Origin: Catajapyx aquilonaris
Lineage: Eukaryota
Reading direction: 5' to 3'
Length of the DNA: 64,000 nt
NCBI GenBank assembly: GCA_000934665.2
Contig: JYFJ02000417.1
Coordinates: 62,001 to 126,000 of the forward strand
Position 1 is the first letter of the stretch, and the number at the start of each line of letters is the position of its first letter. Below the pieces are notes generated by a model, which did not search any database, was not told the origin of the DNA, and was given only the letters and a program-made list of their open reading frames with translations. Shown in pieces: positions 37,001 to 46,482 of the stretch. Position numbers and translations under genes: made by a program.

Positions 37001-40000
37001 ATGACCCATTTTGATGGAGGAAACTGATTGTATGAGAAGCGAGCAGCTACTGTGGGAATTATTTTTACACAAAAAAAGAAATAAAAAATGTTTGTATATA
37101 CTCTTCGCCCTTGGCCTGGTGGAGCCTTTTAAAAAATTGGGGTCGCAGTGCACTTGCACTAATTGCTCATGGTCATTACTTGAGGGCACCTTTTCCCTCC
37201 CATTCTTCGCTCATACACATTCTAATTCACTTTTGAATTACTTGCTCGTGCCGACTGACCTTCAGTGTGAACATGGCTTGTCGCTGACCTTGCAAAGTAT
37301 GCGAACAGTGCACACGACTAGTTACATGCGGTCGACAAGTATAATAATAATTATAATACCCTGTAAATGATACTAATTATTAAATTAATTGCAGGAAGCG
37401 TTGGATCTGCAGGCGCATGGAGAGAAGGCCTGGCGTTGGCTCGGGAGGTGCTGGGACCACGCAGGGTACCATCAGCTGAAGACCGAGCCTCAAAGAAGAG
37501 GAGCTCATCGGCTGGGTCGGATCCTCGGTCGTCTGAGAAGCCGCAGCCACCTCCAACGACAGAGTCCACCGAACACAGAAGCACACAGCCGCACACTGAG
37601 AAAAGAGTCAGCTTCTCACCGCCAACTAAGGAAGTCAGGTCTGCGTCGGCTAAGAAGGCACGAGGCGATGGGGTCGCTTCGCCTAGACGTTCTGCCCCTG
37701 AAAAGAAGACATCGCCCAAGAAGAAGCTGTCACCGAAGAAGCCATCACCACAGAAGGATTCGCCTAAGAAGGACCCGAAGCGACAGTATGACTTCAAGAC
37801 AATACAGGAATTCATCCACAAGCAGAAGATGCAGCGGAAGCAGCAGAAGGAGCAGGAGGAAATGGACAGGAAGGTTCAGCAGGAGATACGCCTTCAGCGG
37901 CTGAAGGAGCTGCATCAGAAGTGTCGGCAGCTGGTTCCGCCACCTGTCGTTCGGGTAACGCACTCGTTTATTACATTTGCAATGCTGTGTATTAATATGA
38001 GATCTTTCCGCAGTCTCCACCGCCACCGATGCGTCACCAGCGGTTGTCCAAATCAATTCCGGTTGCGGAGAAGCCGGCTGTTGACCCTCCGCATGCTGAA
38101 GAGAGACGAGTCGCATGGACCGCACCGCCAACGACAAAGCCCTCGCTTGTGAAATCCAGATCCGATCCGAACCTGGCGATCACACACCAGATTGTCCTGG
38201 AGCGTTGGGCCTCACCCAGACAACCGGAGAAGCCAGACAAAATGGTGCAGACTAGTCCTCCTCCTGTCGCAGTCCCGAGCATACCAATCCTCACTGAACC
38301 ATCTCCAGCTCCAATCACATTCTTCCGGGTCGACCCAGCCGACGTCCAGCTGCCAAAAGCCCCGATCCCACCGCACCTTTTTGGAATCCCGGACATAGAC
38401 TCGTCTCTGTTTGGCGGCGAGTTGCCAGGAGTTGGCAACCTGCATCGGGTCGCTTGGACTGCGGTTCAGAACCGGAAGGAAAGGGCGGCCGCGACTAAGA
38501 TTCAGGCCGCATTTCGAGGGTACATGTTGCGAAAGAGCTTCCCGCTTATGAATAAGCAGGCAGCGGAAGAGCCGGAAGAAGAAATACCGGAAGAGATTGA
38601 ACAGGCGAAGTCGGACCATTCTTCGGAGCCGGTCAGCAGCCGGTCGTCCGAACCAGTTCGGAGTCAGAGTTCGCATCGTCTGGAGAGGCCACAAACTGCC
38701 AGAGTTGATCCGCCGTGGAGGAAGATTCCGCAACTGCAGCTCCCTCCGCCTGACTTATTCAACTTCATGGCCAGCCTCCGACGGAAGCGGCTTGTTTTGA
38801 ACGGCGGAAGCAGCAAAGGGACGTCTGAAAGGGCGGAGGATGAGTACAGCAGCAACTTCGACACTGACACGGAAAGTCCACCCAAGTCCGTAGAGTCCGC
38901 CAGTGTCTCACACACTGCGGGTGGCAAAGCTGACTCGGCTGGTTATGAACCCACCAGCAAAGCTGACGACTCCGCTGGTTGTCAGCCAACTGACACGACA
39001 ACTGCCTCAATAACCGATGAGGACTTTGTGCCGCCACTGCCATCTCCAGCTCGTAGCGACTCATCCTCTTCCAGCAGCTCGTCCACCATAACCCTGGAGT
39101 CGCAATCGGTTGTGAATCAGACCACGTCGGAAACTCTAGCCGAGGAGATGAGCATCAGCCTGGTCATGTCTTCCAACAGAATCGAGTTGAGCCACGTTCC
39201 CCGCTTGGCTCCGGCTGCGTTGAAGCTCCAGTTCCAGGCGGAGCTGCACCGTTTGATGGCTGCGGACGATGCGTTTCACAGCCTGAGGAGCAGCGAGACC
39301 CAAGGACTGCTGCTCTCCAATGAGATCCACCATAGGGAGGCGCTGAAGAAGGCGGAAGAGCAGGAAGTGCTGCAGGTCATAGTTCAAGCCATGGACAGCG
39401 AGACACTTCCTCCGCTAGTGCCTCCGATGCTTCCGCACACTTCAGACGCAATGGATTCCAGCGATGTTCCGACCGAGTCAATCCCTGAAATAATGCCGTC
39501 CGACTGTTCTGAAGGTCCGCTCAGTCCGACCGCGTCCGTTGTCGAAGAAGGTCCGGCCGCTTCGGCGGTGCATGCCAGCAGAAGCATCGAACGGACAGCC
39601 GCTGACCAGTTGGAAGGCCGCTCATCTCCGCAGTCGTACTCCAGCAAGTTCGACTCCTACTCCGATTCATCCTCATCCGTAACGCCTACAGGTTAGTCGC
39701 AATCTTTTCACGCCCCAACTGGTAGCTAACCTTCAATGTTCCAGGCGATGTCGAATGGAGCCGAGCTGGATCGAACTTGGGCGTCCAACAGCTCATTGGC
39801 CTACAGTCAGTAGCGCAAACACTAGCCGTCGAGGAAACATACTCACGACTACTACGAACCCATCTTCGCCAGCAACGACAAGCTTTACTGAACGGAGCAG
39901 AGGCACGACTGGCCGCACTGGAAAAGAAAAGAAGGTGCTGCGTTTTCCCCATTCGTGCCATCCGCATGTACTCAATATTTTTCTCGCACAGAGCGCTGCT

Positions 40001-42707
40001 GAAGGTCGGGAAGAACGAGCATGCGGAGAAGCTGGACCGTGAGAAGGATGAAGTTCGGGTTGCGGTACGTCGTCAGGCGGCGGACATCCAGAGGATGCTG
40101 GAGCAGCAGAAGAAGGAATCGAGATCAAGGCAGGCAAAGCTGAAGCAGCAACAAGTGCTTCTAAGGGCATCGAAGGTACGTATCGCCAGGGAATTAGCTT
40201 CGGTAGTACTGATTTCATGTAATTTCAGAAGACGAGGCGGTTGCTAAGTACGAGCAGCACCAGTACAAGCAGTGAAGCGGACCATCCGTTGGAGTCGACA
40301 AGGACCGATTCGGCTCCTCCTGCGATCCCGGCCGGATCCATGTCTGAAGTGTCGCCTATTCACACGGTCGGATCCGAACCTGAAGTCGAAGAGGAGCTGG
40401 AGAGTACGGCCAAGAGCGTACCGGAAGAAAGCAGCGCAACTCTAGTCGAAAGCGTGATTGAACGGAGCATCCCCGAGGAGTACAGCAAGGTTGCGGAGGA
40501 GTCAAGCACTGCGGCTAAAAGCATTCCGGAGGACACCAACAGCGGAAAGTCCGAGTCCATCAAAGTTACGAGAAAGAGTCGGGACCAGGAGCGGATCGAG
40601 AAGAAGCGCAGGCAGCTGCTGGCTCGGGAGCAGGCACTGGACAAGCGGAAAGCGGAACTGGAGGAGCTGTTGGCGCGGCGGAGACGACTGGACAAGAAGG
40701 AGAAGGCTCTAAGGCAGCTGGAGAGGCTGGTCATGGCGTCGTCCACGTCCGGCGGGGTAGCGGACGACAGCATGGCCACCACCGCTCCGCATCTGTCCAC
40801 TCCGCATGCTTCGTCGGATAAACCAGCCAGCAGTGCGGCTCAGGAGGTTCCGGAAGAAGACGAGGACATGCGGTCAAAGGTCAGCAGCATAGCCACCGAA
40901 GTAGTGTCGGAAGTGAGCTGGGCCGATCCGGAGTCGGACACTAAAGTGTCCATAAAAGAGCCGCTTGCGCCTCGACACAACCGCCGCCGCCGCCATTCAA
41001 GCGAATCGGATGAATCGATCGCGGCTCAGGTGGACACCACGACTGTCTCGGACGCAAGCGACGCCGAGGGACGTCTCCAGGCGCTTACGGAGGAGCTGAA
41101 GCGTCGTAAGGCACAGGCGGACAGGCTGCGGAAGGACTTGGGACGGAAGAGAGCGGACCGCGTCCGGGCACAGGAGCAAGCGCTTCGGAAGCAGCTGCAA
41201 TCATTGGACACCGTAATCGACGGGCTGCAGCAGGATCTGGAAAAAGAGCGTGCGCTAAGTACGGTCATGCTTCCAGGCGTTACCAAACCGCAGATTAAAG
41301 TGCCGGTACGCAGAAAGAGCGAGGAGGAGATGCCCACACCCACGGTGAGGTCAGTCGAGGTGACATCCGAGGCGGAGACGGTTCCGGAAGAGTACGCGTC
41401 CATGGAAGGCTCGGTCCTGATTGAAGAGGACTATTCGGACGACTTCATGTCAACAACATCGGACTCATCGCAGGTGAAGGAACCGGAATTAAAAGCAGCG
41501 TTGCCTGTACCCGAGCCGGTTGTTCCGCCACCCGATGCGTCCAAAACGGCACAGCGGCAAGCCAAAGCCGCCTCGTTAGCCCAGACCATACTTAAAGGCC
41601 TTCTAGGCGAATCGGTCAGCTCCATCCAGACCCTGAAGTCCAAACGGACCGCCCTCGGTGTCCGAGAACGTGTGGCGCAAGTGATCCAGCGGACGTCCGC
41701 AAAATCCGGCACAGGAGCCACTCCGCATGAGATGCTGGTCATCACGACTCTGGGAAACAGTCCGGATCACTCGCCGCTTCCAGGTACGTCCAGCAGATGA
41801 GCCATTTTTGTGCTGTACTAATGCGGCTTTTGCAGGCTCACCGACTAAGGATGAGGAGGAGGCGGCTGGCGGGGAGGAGCCGGAGTGGTGCGACGACGAC
41901 TTGGGCTTGCTGAGCTGTCGACGGGAAGCGGAGGAGCTTCGGAAGCAGCAGCTGAGAATAGAGCAGGAGATACGCGAACTGGAGCGGCTGCAGGATCCAG
42001 AGCGGCCCAAACCAGCCGCATCCAAGCCGGACGTTGAGGACGAGGAGGTGCCGACAAAGCCGCCACCGCCATACACCCCGCCGCAACCAGTGAGCCAACT
42101 GGCTCCTCCGCCACTCCCGCCGCCTCCGCCAGTTCCGCTAATCGAGGAATCAAAAGCGGTGGAAATCGCATCAAGAGCGGCATTGCAAGTGTGGCTTGAG
42201 TTTAACCCGGACGATTCAGCGCCGGACGCGATTGATCCGCCAGACGACGACGTCCCGTTACTTGTGAGCCACCTGGCACGGGAGCTGGCCACCGCGGTTA
42301 TGCTGGAGAAGAAGGAAGCGGCGGAGGAGGAGACGCGGCTCCAGGAGTCGCCCTGGCAGCGTCCGGCGTACCTCTGCAGGCGGCTGTCGCCTCAGAGCCA
42401 CCAGGAGTTGTCCAGCATCGTTTGGGAGCAGGCGGCAAAGCTGCTTGGGTTCAGACGAGGCGGCGGGAAGGCCAAAGCGCGCAATGGAGCCGCCAAGGGC
42501 AAAGGCGGCACGAGGAAGGACCACGTGGACCAGGTTCTGGCGCAGGAGCTAGTGACGGACGACAAGCACTGGAGCCACTTTGAGCCGGAAGAGACCGCGG
42601 TGAAGTTCCAGGTGGCCGAGAGTGTCTGGAGACAGTTGGTGGCTGAGGCGGTTGACACTTTCGAAGCCACATTCGAGAGGAAAATGCTATCAGTGGGTTG
42701 CACATAA
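3533..42707 (+). CDS. CEP350: Centrosome-associated protein 350 (CEP350/CAP350)-like, about 1,908 aa. Exons 3533-3683, 3744-3811, 3891-4005, 30187-30300, 35156-35395, 37395-37954, 38014-39691, 39745-39934, 39992-40175, 40229-41783, 41836-42707
   Basis: CEP350-type motifs: VRKV...SYPGF, AWREGLALAREVLGP, RQYDFKTIQEFIHKQKMQRK, SDAEGRLQALTEELKRRKAQADRLRK, TKPPPPY and the C-terminal DHVDQVLAQEL...W..FEPEETAVKFQVAESVWRQLVAEAV (DUF4378-like). An IQ motif (AATKIQAAFRGYMLRK) is present. All introns are GT-AG with compatible phases and the summed CDS (5727 nt) is a multiple of 3. Exons from 35156 onward are well supported. Linking the 3533-4005 and 30187 exons is inferred from splice phase. Confidence 0.8.
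4451..28358 (-). CDS. Secreted coiled-coil + C-terminal fibrinogen-related domain (FReD) protein, angiopoietin-like architecture, about 756 aa. Exons 28358-28114, 6759-6333, 6280-5801, 5740-5183, 5125-4938, 4879-4611, 4554-4451
   Basis: FReD motifs YSCHDL...SGVY, GGGWIVVQRR, FNRDWNDYKQGFGD, WLGNENLH, YALRVELEDFEG, FSTFDRDND, GGWWWKSCGRGLNG, GIVWFRWRGWDYTLK. Exon 1 encodes a hydrophobic signal peptide (IWSILLIFLLAIPTCLA) and ends GG|GTAAGT, phase 2, matching the acceptor at 6760. The start may be 28358 or 28298. Confidence 0.88.
8517..9047. mobile_element. Small inverted-repeat element (MITE-like) interrupted by a younger MITE
   Basis: Left end CGGACTTCTCGCCCC...CCCCCGGCGTATTCGCCCCCGTGACATATTC is the reverse complement of the right end GAATGTGCCACGGGGGCGAATACGCCGGGGGCGAAAAGTCCG. 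Confidence 0.65.
8604..8965. mobile_element. Palindromic MITE family A, copy 1
   Basis: Termini CAGGGAGCATATAC...GTATATGCTCCCTG. Almost the whole element is an inverted repeat. 7-bp TSD GCCAGGC. Confidence 0.92.
11855..12600. repeat. TATCGAT/ATCGAA-rich ~20-21 bp minisatellite, probably internal to a non-autonomous DNA transposon
   Basis: Tandem degenerate TTATCGTTCGATATATCGAAGTATCG units. Starts GAGATGCCAGGAT..ATATCGAA and ends ...CGACATTCAACATCT (AGATG...CATCT ends). Confidence 0.85.
14190..14715. repeat. Second copy of the TATCGAT-rich minisatellite element
   Basis: Same start (TGAGATGTCCGGATAATTTATATCGAA) and same unit as 11855-12600, in the same orientation. Confidence 0.85.
18395..18840. 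repeat. GAGACAT-based minisatellite with a ~60-bp higher-order period
   Basis: Near-identical 60-bp blocks such as GAGACATCCATAGGACATCCATGAGACATCTCTTTGAGACATCCTAGAGACATTCAT. Confidence 0.95.
19534..19657. repeat. Near-perfect ~124-bp hairpin (MITE-like)
   Basis: TGTACTATAACCCGCAAAAAGATTGTCGCACTGTATCCGTGTTGTGTCCGCGACTTT, a short loop, then AAAGTCGCGGACACCACACGGATACAGTGCGACAATCTTTTTGCGGGTTGTAGTACA. Confidence 0.9.
20375..20605. repeat. Diverged ~105-bp inverted repeat pair (old MITE/hairpin)
   Basis: CTGCCGTCAGATGTGAGAGGACCGTAACTCAAT...GGTGGCGTTGGGG pairs with CCCCAACTCCACC...ATTGAGTTACGGTCTTTTCATATCTGACGGCAG. Confidence 0.8.
22491..22827. mobile_element. Palindromic MITE family A, copy 2
   Basis: Same termini CAGGGAGCATATACTACATAAGAG...CTCTTATGTAGTATATGCTCCCTG. 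7-bp TSD ATAATAG. Confidence 0.92.
23081..23365. repeat. Diverged direct repeat pair
   Basis: TTATTTCCAACG(C/A)TACG(G/C)TT...GGGAG...CGACGTT...CTGCGCGA(G/A)TGTGGGTGCG occurs at ~23081 and ~23244. Confidence 0.6.
24285..25432. repeat. Array of about 20 copies of a ~33-bp unit in alternating orientation (multi-hairpin/foldback array)
   Basis: GAGTAAGGTAGCAGACCTGAAGCTCAAAATAGC and its reverse complement alternate. The array is flanked by the direct repeat CTCCTGGAAGTGACTGTACA. Confidence 0.92.
28921..28995 (-). pseudogene. Degenerate tRNA-Gly(TCC)-like sequence (tRNA pseudogene or SINE head)
   Basis: Minus strand GCAGGCGGTGGGGTAGTGGTTATCGCCACATCCTTCCAATTCAGAGGTCCTGAGTTCGATCCCCGGGTCGGGCAC contains an A box, a CT-TCC-AA anticodon loop and a B box GAGTTCGATCC. 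The acceptor and anticodon stems pair poorly. Confidence 0.6.
29180..29350. repeat. Short tandem GTGAGCGAAGCGAGT units, probable transposon-end relic
   Basis: Three copies of GTGAGCGAAGCGAGT(G/A)GCTTT...AAGCTT.ATGT. Confidence 0.55.
30712..31628. repeat. ~23-25 bp minisatellite AAGCAGCTTAAACTAAC(TGGTCGAAAC/CAGTTTAAAG)
   Basis: About 35 degenerate tandem copies. Confidence 0.95.
32925..33254. mobile_element. Palindromic MITE family A, copy 3
   Basis: Same termini as copies 1 and 2. 8-bp TSD CTTATACC. Confidence 0.92.
35912..36738. repeat. Pentamer-based satellite (TAGTC / GTTAG / GTGGG) in a CEP350 intron
   Basis: Continuous 5-bp periodic GGGTTAGTCTAGTGTGGGTTAGTC variants. Confidence 0.95.
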
Positions 42708-43116
42708 GACTTCGCTTTCACTTGGACAACAATCGCATTTCTATGTGCGCTAGTTTTAATTGTGCTCTTCGCATCGTGACTAAGTGTTCGGCAGAATAAG
42801 CCGCAAGTATTGTTGCGGCTTTAATGACAATTTTAAACGTACGAGTGTCGGTTCAAATGAAGTGTACCATTGTTGCGACTTTAATGACAACAATACATTT
42901 TGAACTGGTAGATGAATTTCCCCGTCAAATTAAAAAAATTATTTCCAAACAAATCGTTCTTGTCATTAGCGCAAATAATTGCATGTGTTATGATTTTTTT
43001 TGCACATTTTTTTTGTGACTAATCCCGCACGTGTCGGGATTGAGATAACTGGTTTCGATTGGCTGGCTCAGAGATTGGAATTTTTATTACCACACTTGCT
43101 GCCGCCAGAAGCTGCG

Positions 43117-46100
43117 ATGATGAAGCTGGCTGCGTTTGCCGGGAAGGTAAGCCAATTAATATGCCGCATCTGCATTGTTGATATGGACTGATTGTTGCGA
43201 TTTATTTCGCAGGCCAAGCTGCGATGGAATTTGCGGCGGTACTCGTCAGCGACTAAAGGACATGGCCCGCCGAAAGTGGACTCGGCGGGAAAGCCAGTGG
43301 ACATTCCAAGCCAAGCGGACGTCGTGGTCGTAGGTATGCCGAGGGATTAGGTGGCGGCACAAAAAGTGCGGTTGTTGAACCTGTTATGCAAATCGGGCTT
43401 GATTTGAATGGTCCAAAGGGTCAGCTTCTCAAGGCCAGGCTGTTGCTAGGCTGATATCTTATCAACTGTACATGGTGTCACACAATTTCTGTTGGATGCG
43501 CAGGTGGCGGAAGCGTAGGATGCAACACCTTGTACCACCTGGTGAAGCGGGGCGCCACAAATGCGGTGCTGCTGGAATCGCATCGCCTGACCGCAGGCAC
43601 CACGTGGCACACCGCCGGACTGGTCTGGCGGCTCAGGCCAAACGACGTGGAGATCCAGCTTCTGAACCACACCAGGCAGCTGCTGATGACGCTGGAGGAC
43701 GAGACGGGCATCAACTCCGGATGGATCAACAACGGTGGGCTGTTCGTCGCGTCCACGAAGGTAACCGGTACGCTTGATCGCAACGGCGGACATAACCGCA
43801 ACTATTTACAGGAGCGGCTGGATGAGTACAAACGGCTGATGACAATCGGACGCGTATTCGGCGTCGACTCGCAGGTGTTAACCCCGTCCGAGACCAAGCA
43901 GCTGTACCCGCTAATGAACACGGACGATGTGTACGGGACACTGTACAGCCCCGGAGACGGAACAGTCGATCCGGCCGGATTCTGCTCTGCGCTAACCCGA
44001 TCTGCGACCCGTAACGGCGCAAAGGTGATTGAAAACTGCCCCGTAACCGGTATCAACTATGAGGAATCAGCGGGATGCAAACGTGTCACCGGAGTGCGGA
44101 CGCCGTTCGGCGAGATCAGAACTGGGAAGGTGGTCAACTGCACCGGGGCATGGTCGCCTCGTGTGGCCGCAATGATCGGATTGGAGATCCCGCTGGTGGC
44201 CATGAAGCACGCGTATGTCGTAACCGAGGGCGTACCGGGCGTACAGAACACGCCGAATGTACGCGACCACGACCTGAGCCTCTACTTGCGACTACAAGGC
44301 GACTCCCTGTGTATCGGCGGGTACGAATCAGATCCGGTCATACTCGACTCGGAGATGGATCCGGACTTTGCGTTTGGACTGTACGAACTGGATTGGGACG
44401 TGTTTGGTCCGCACTTGGAACGCGCTTGCCACCGTGTTCCGTCCCTGTCCGCTACCGGTGTCCGCAGCACCGTTTGCGGCCCCGAGAGCTTCACCCCGGA
44501 TCACAAGCCGCTAATGGGCGAGGATCCAGCCACATCTGGGTTCTTCCACGGATGCGGATTCAACTCGGCTGGAATGATGCTTGGCGGCGGATGCGGCTGG
44601 CAGCTTGCGGACTGGGTGTTGGACGGGCGGCCATCGCTGGATATGTACGGCTACGATATTGTCCGGTTCAGCCCCGGTCTGTTCGGACGCCGCGATTGGT
44701 GCCGTGAGCGCAGCCACGAGTCATACGCTAAGAATTACTCAACCGTGTTCGCTCACGACGAGCCGTTAGCTGGTCGTAAGATGCGGCTTGCGCCACTGTA
44801 CCATCTGCTGGAACAGGAAGGATGCGTGTACCAAGAGCGGCTGGGATGGGAACGTCCCGGTTGGTTCTCATCCGACGGACCGGCTCCTCTGCTACCGTAC
44901 GACTACTACGGAAGCTACGGACACACAAAGCATGCCGAGTACCCATACCGGGACAGACTAGCGGACGACTACTCGTTCGACTTCCCAGCGAATCATAAAC
45001 AGGTAATGTCAACTCATTGTGCCGCCTGCACAGCTCTAATTATTTCTGCCGACAGATCGAATCCGAGTGTATGTCCTGCCGTGAAGCCGCAGCCATTTTC
45101 GATATGTCCTACTTCGGCAAGTTTTACATGAGCGGACCGGACGCACAAGCGGCAGCCGATTGGATCTTCTCGAATCGGATGGACGGCCAACCCGGGTTGA
45201 CCGTCTACACATGTATGCTGAACCGCAACGGCGGAGTCGAATCGGATTTGACCGTATCGCTAATGGACCACGACTCGGCCCGTATGGACTGCGAACCGCA
45301 CTTCAAGGTACGCCCGTTCAAACCAGTGTAATCGCTGCCTAATTAACGAACATTGCAGGGTCGTACGTTCTACTTGGCCGCCGGTGGAGCCGCTGCCATG
45401 CAAAACTGGGCGCACGTCATGCGAACCGTCCGTGCCAAGGGCTTCCAGGTGGAGCTAACGGACATGAGCGAACAAATGGGGATGCTCTCGCTTCAAGGGC
45501 CGATGAGCCGGACGATCCTGGAGATCGCATGTCCGGATCAGGATTGGAGCAACGAAGCATTCCCGTTCTCAACGCACAGGCTGGTCAACATCAACGGACA
45601 TTGCTGCCGCGCATTGCGGCTCAGCTTTGTCGGCGAGCTTGGTTGGGAGCTGCACATTCCGTCCGAAAGCTGCGTGGATGTGTACAAATCGGTATGGACA
45701 GCCGGACGTCCGCTGGGGTTGAAAAACGCAGGGTACAGAGCAATCGACTCGCTCTCGTTGGAGAAAGGCTACCGCCACTGGCACGCGGACGTCCGACCTG
45801 ATGACAACCCGTACGAGGCCGGATTGGGCTTCACCTGCAAGATGAAAGTGGACACCCCGTTTTTAGGACGTACCGCACTGGAGAACCGGACGATGCGGAA
45901 GCGACTGGTTTGTCTGACGCTGGACAAAAAGGTGCCGCTGTGGGGACTGGAGTCGATCGTTCGCAACGGACAGATCGTCGGGTACTTGCGACGAGGCGAC
46001 TTTGGATTCGCAATCGGGAAGAGCTTAGGACACGGGTACATATCGAACGGCGGACAGGTCGTCACTGCGGAGTACCTGAAGTCGGGGCAGTACGAAGTGG

Positions 46101-46189
46101 AAGTAATGGGAGAGCGGTTCGCGGCTCGGTTGCATCTGAAGAGCCCGTTCGATCCAGCCGGAAACAGGCTTAAAGGGATTTACAATTAA
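43117..46189 (+). CDS. SARDH: Mitochondrial sarcosine dehydrogenase, about 893 aa. Exons 43117-43146, 43213-43333, 43504-43760, 43812-45002, 45056-45307, 45359-46189
   Basis: ADVVVVGGGSVG FAD-binding motif, [12 protein letters not shown] (covalent-FAD His, SARDH-type), [27 protein letters not shown], GcvT-like C-terminal half ([34 protein letters not shown]). Basic mitochondrial transit peptide. Phases are consistent. Confidence 0.95.
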
Positions 46190-46482
46190 CGTCCCAATTA
46201 TTCTCACCGTGTACATACGCAACCAGCGATTTAACGAGCCATTGTGACACCCACTGTAACGACCGGCCATAATTTTTTTAATAGCACCCATTTACAATTG
46301 TTACGCGAAAATAAAAAAGTTTGTCCATATCATAATTTATGTCAATCTTTTAATAGTGTAGTATGTACACACTTTTCAAATAAACCAAATTTGCACTTTT
46401 CATCCCTGGAATGTGCTGAGATTCCAGACGGTGTAAATGCAACGGAATTGTATATGGGACAATTAGCTGCCTGGAAAAGTTG

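Noticed and set aside
40360..42721. Long antisense ORFs over CEP350, SARDH and PNUTS exons
   Set aside because: They are shadow frames of GC-rich coding sequence.
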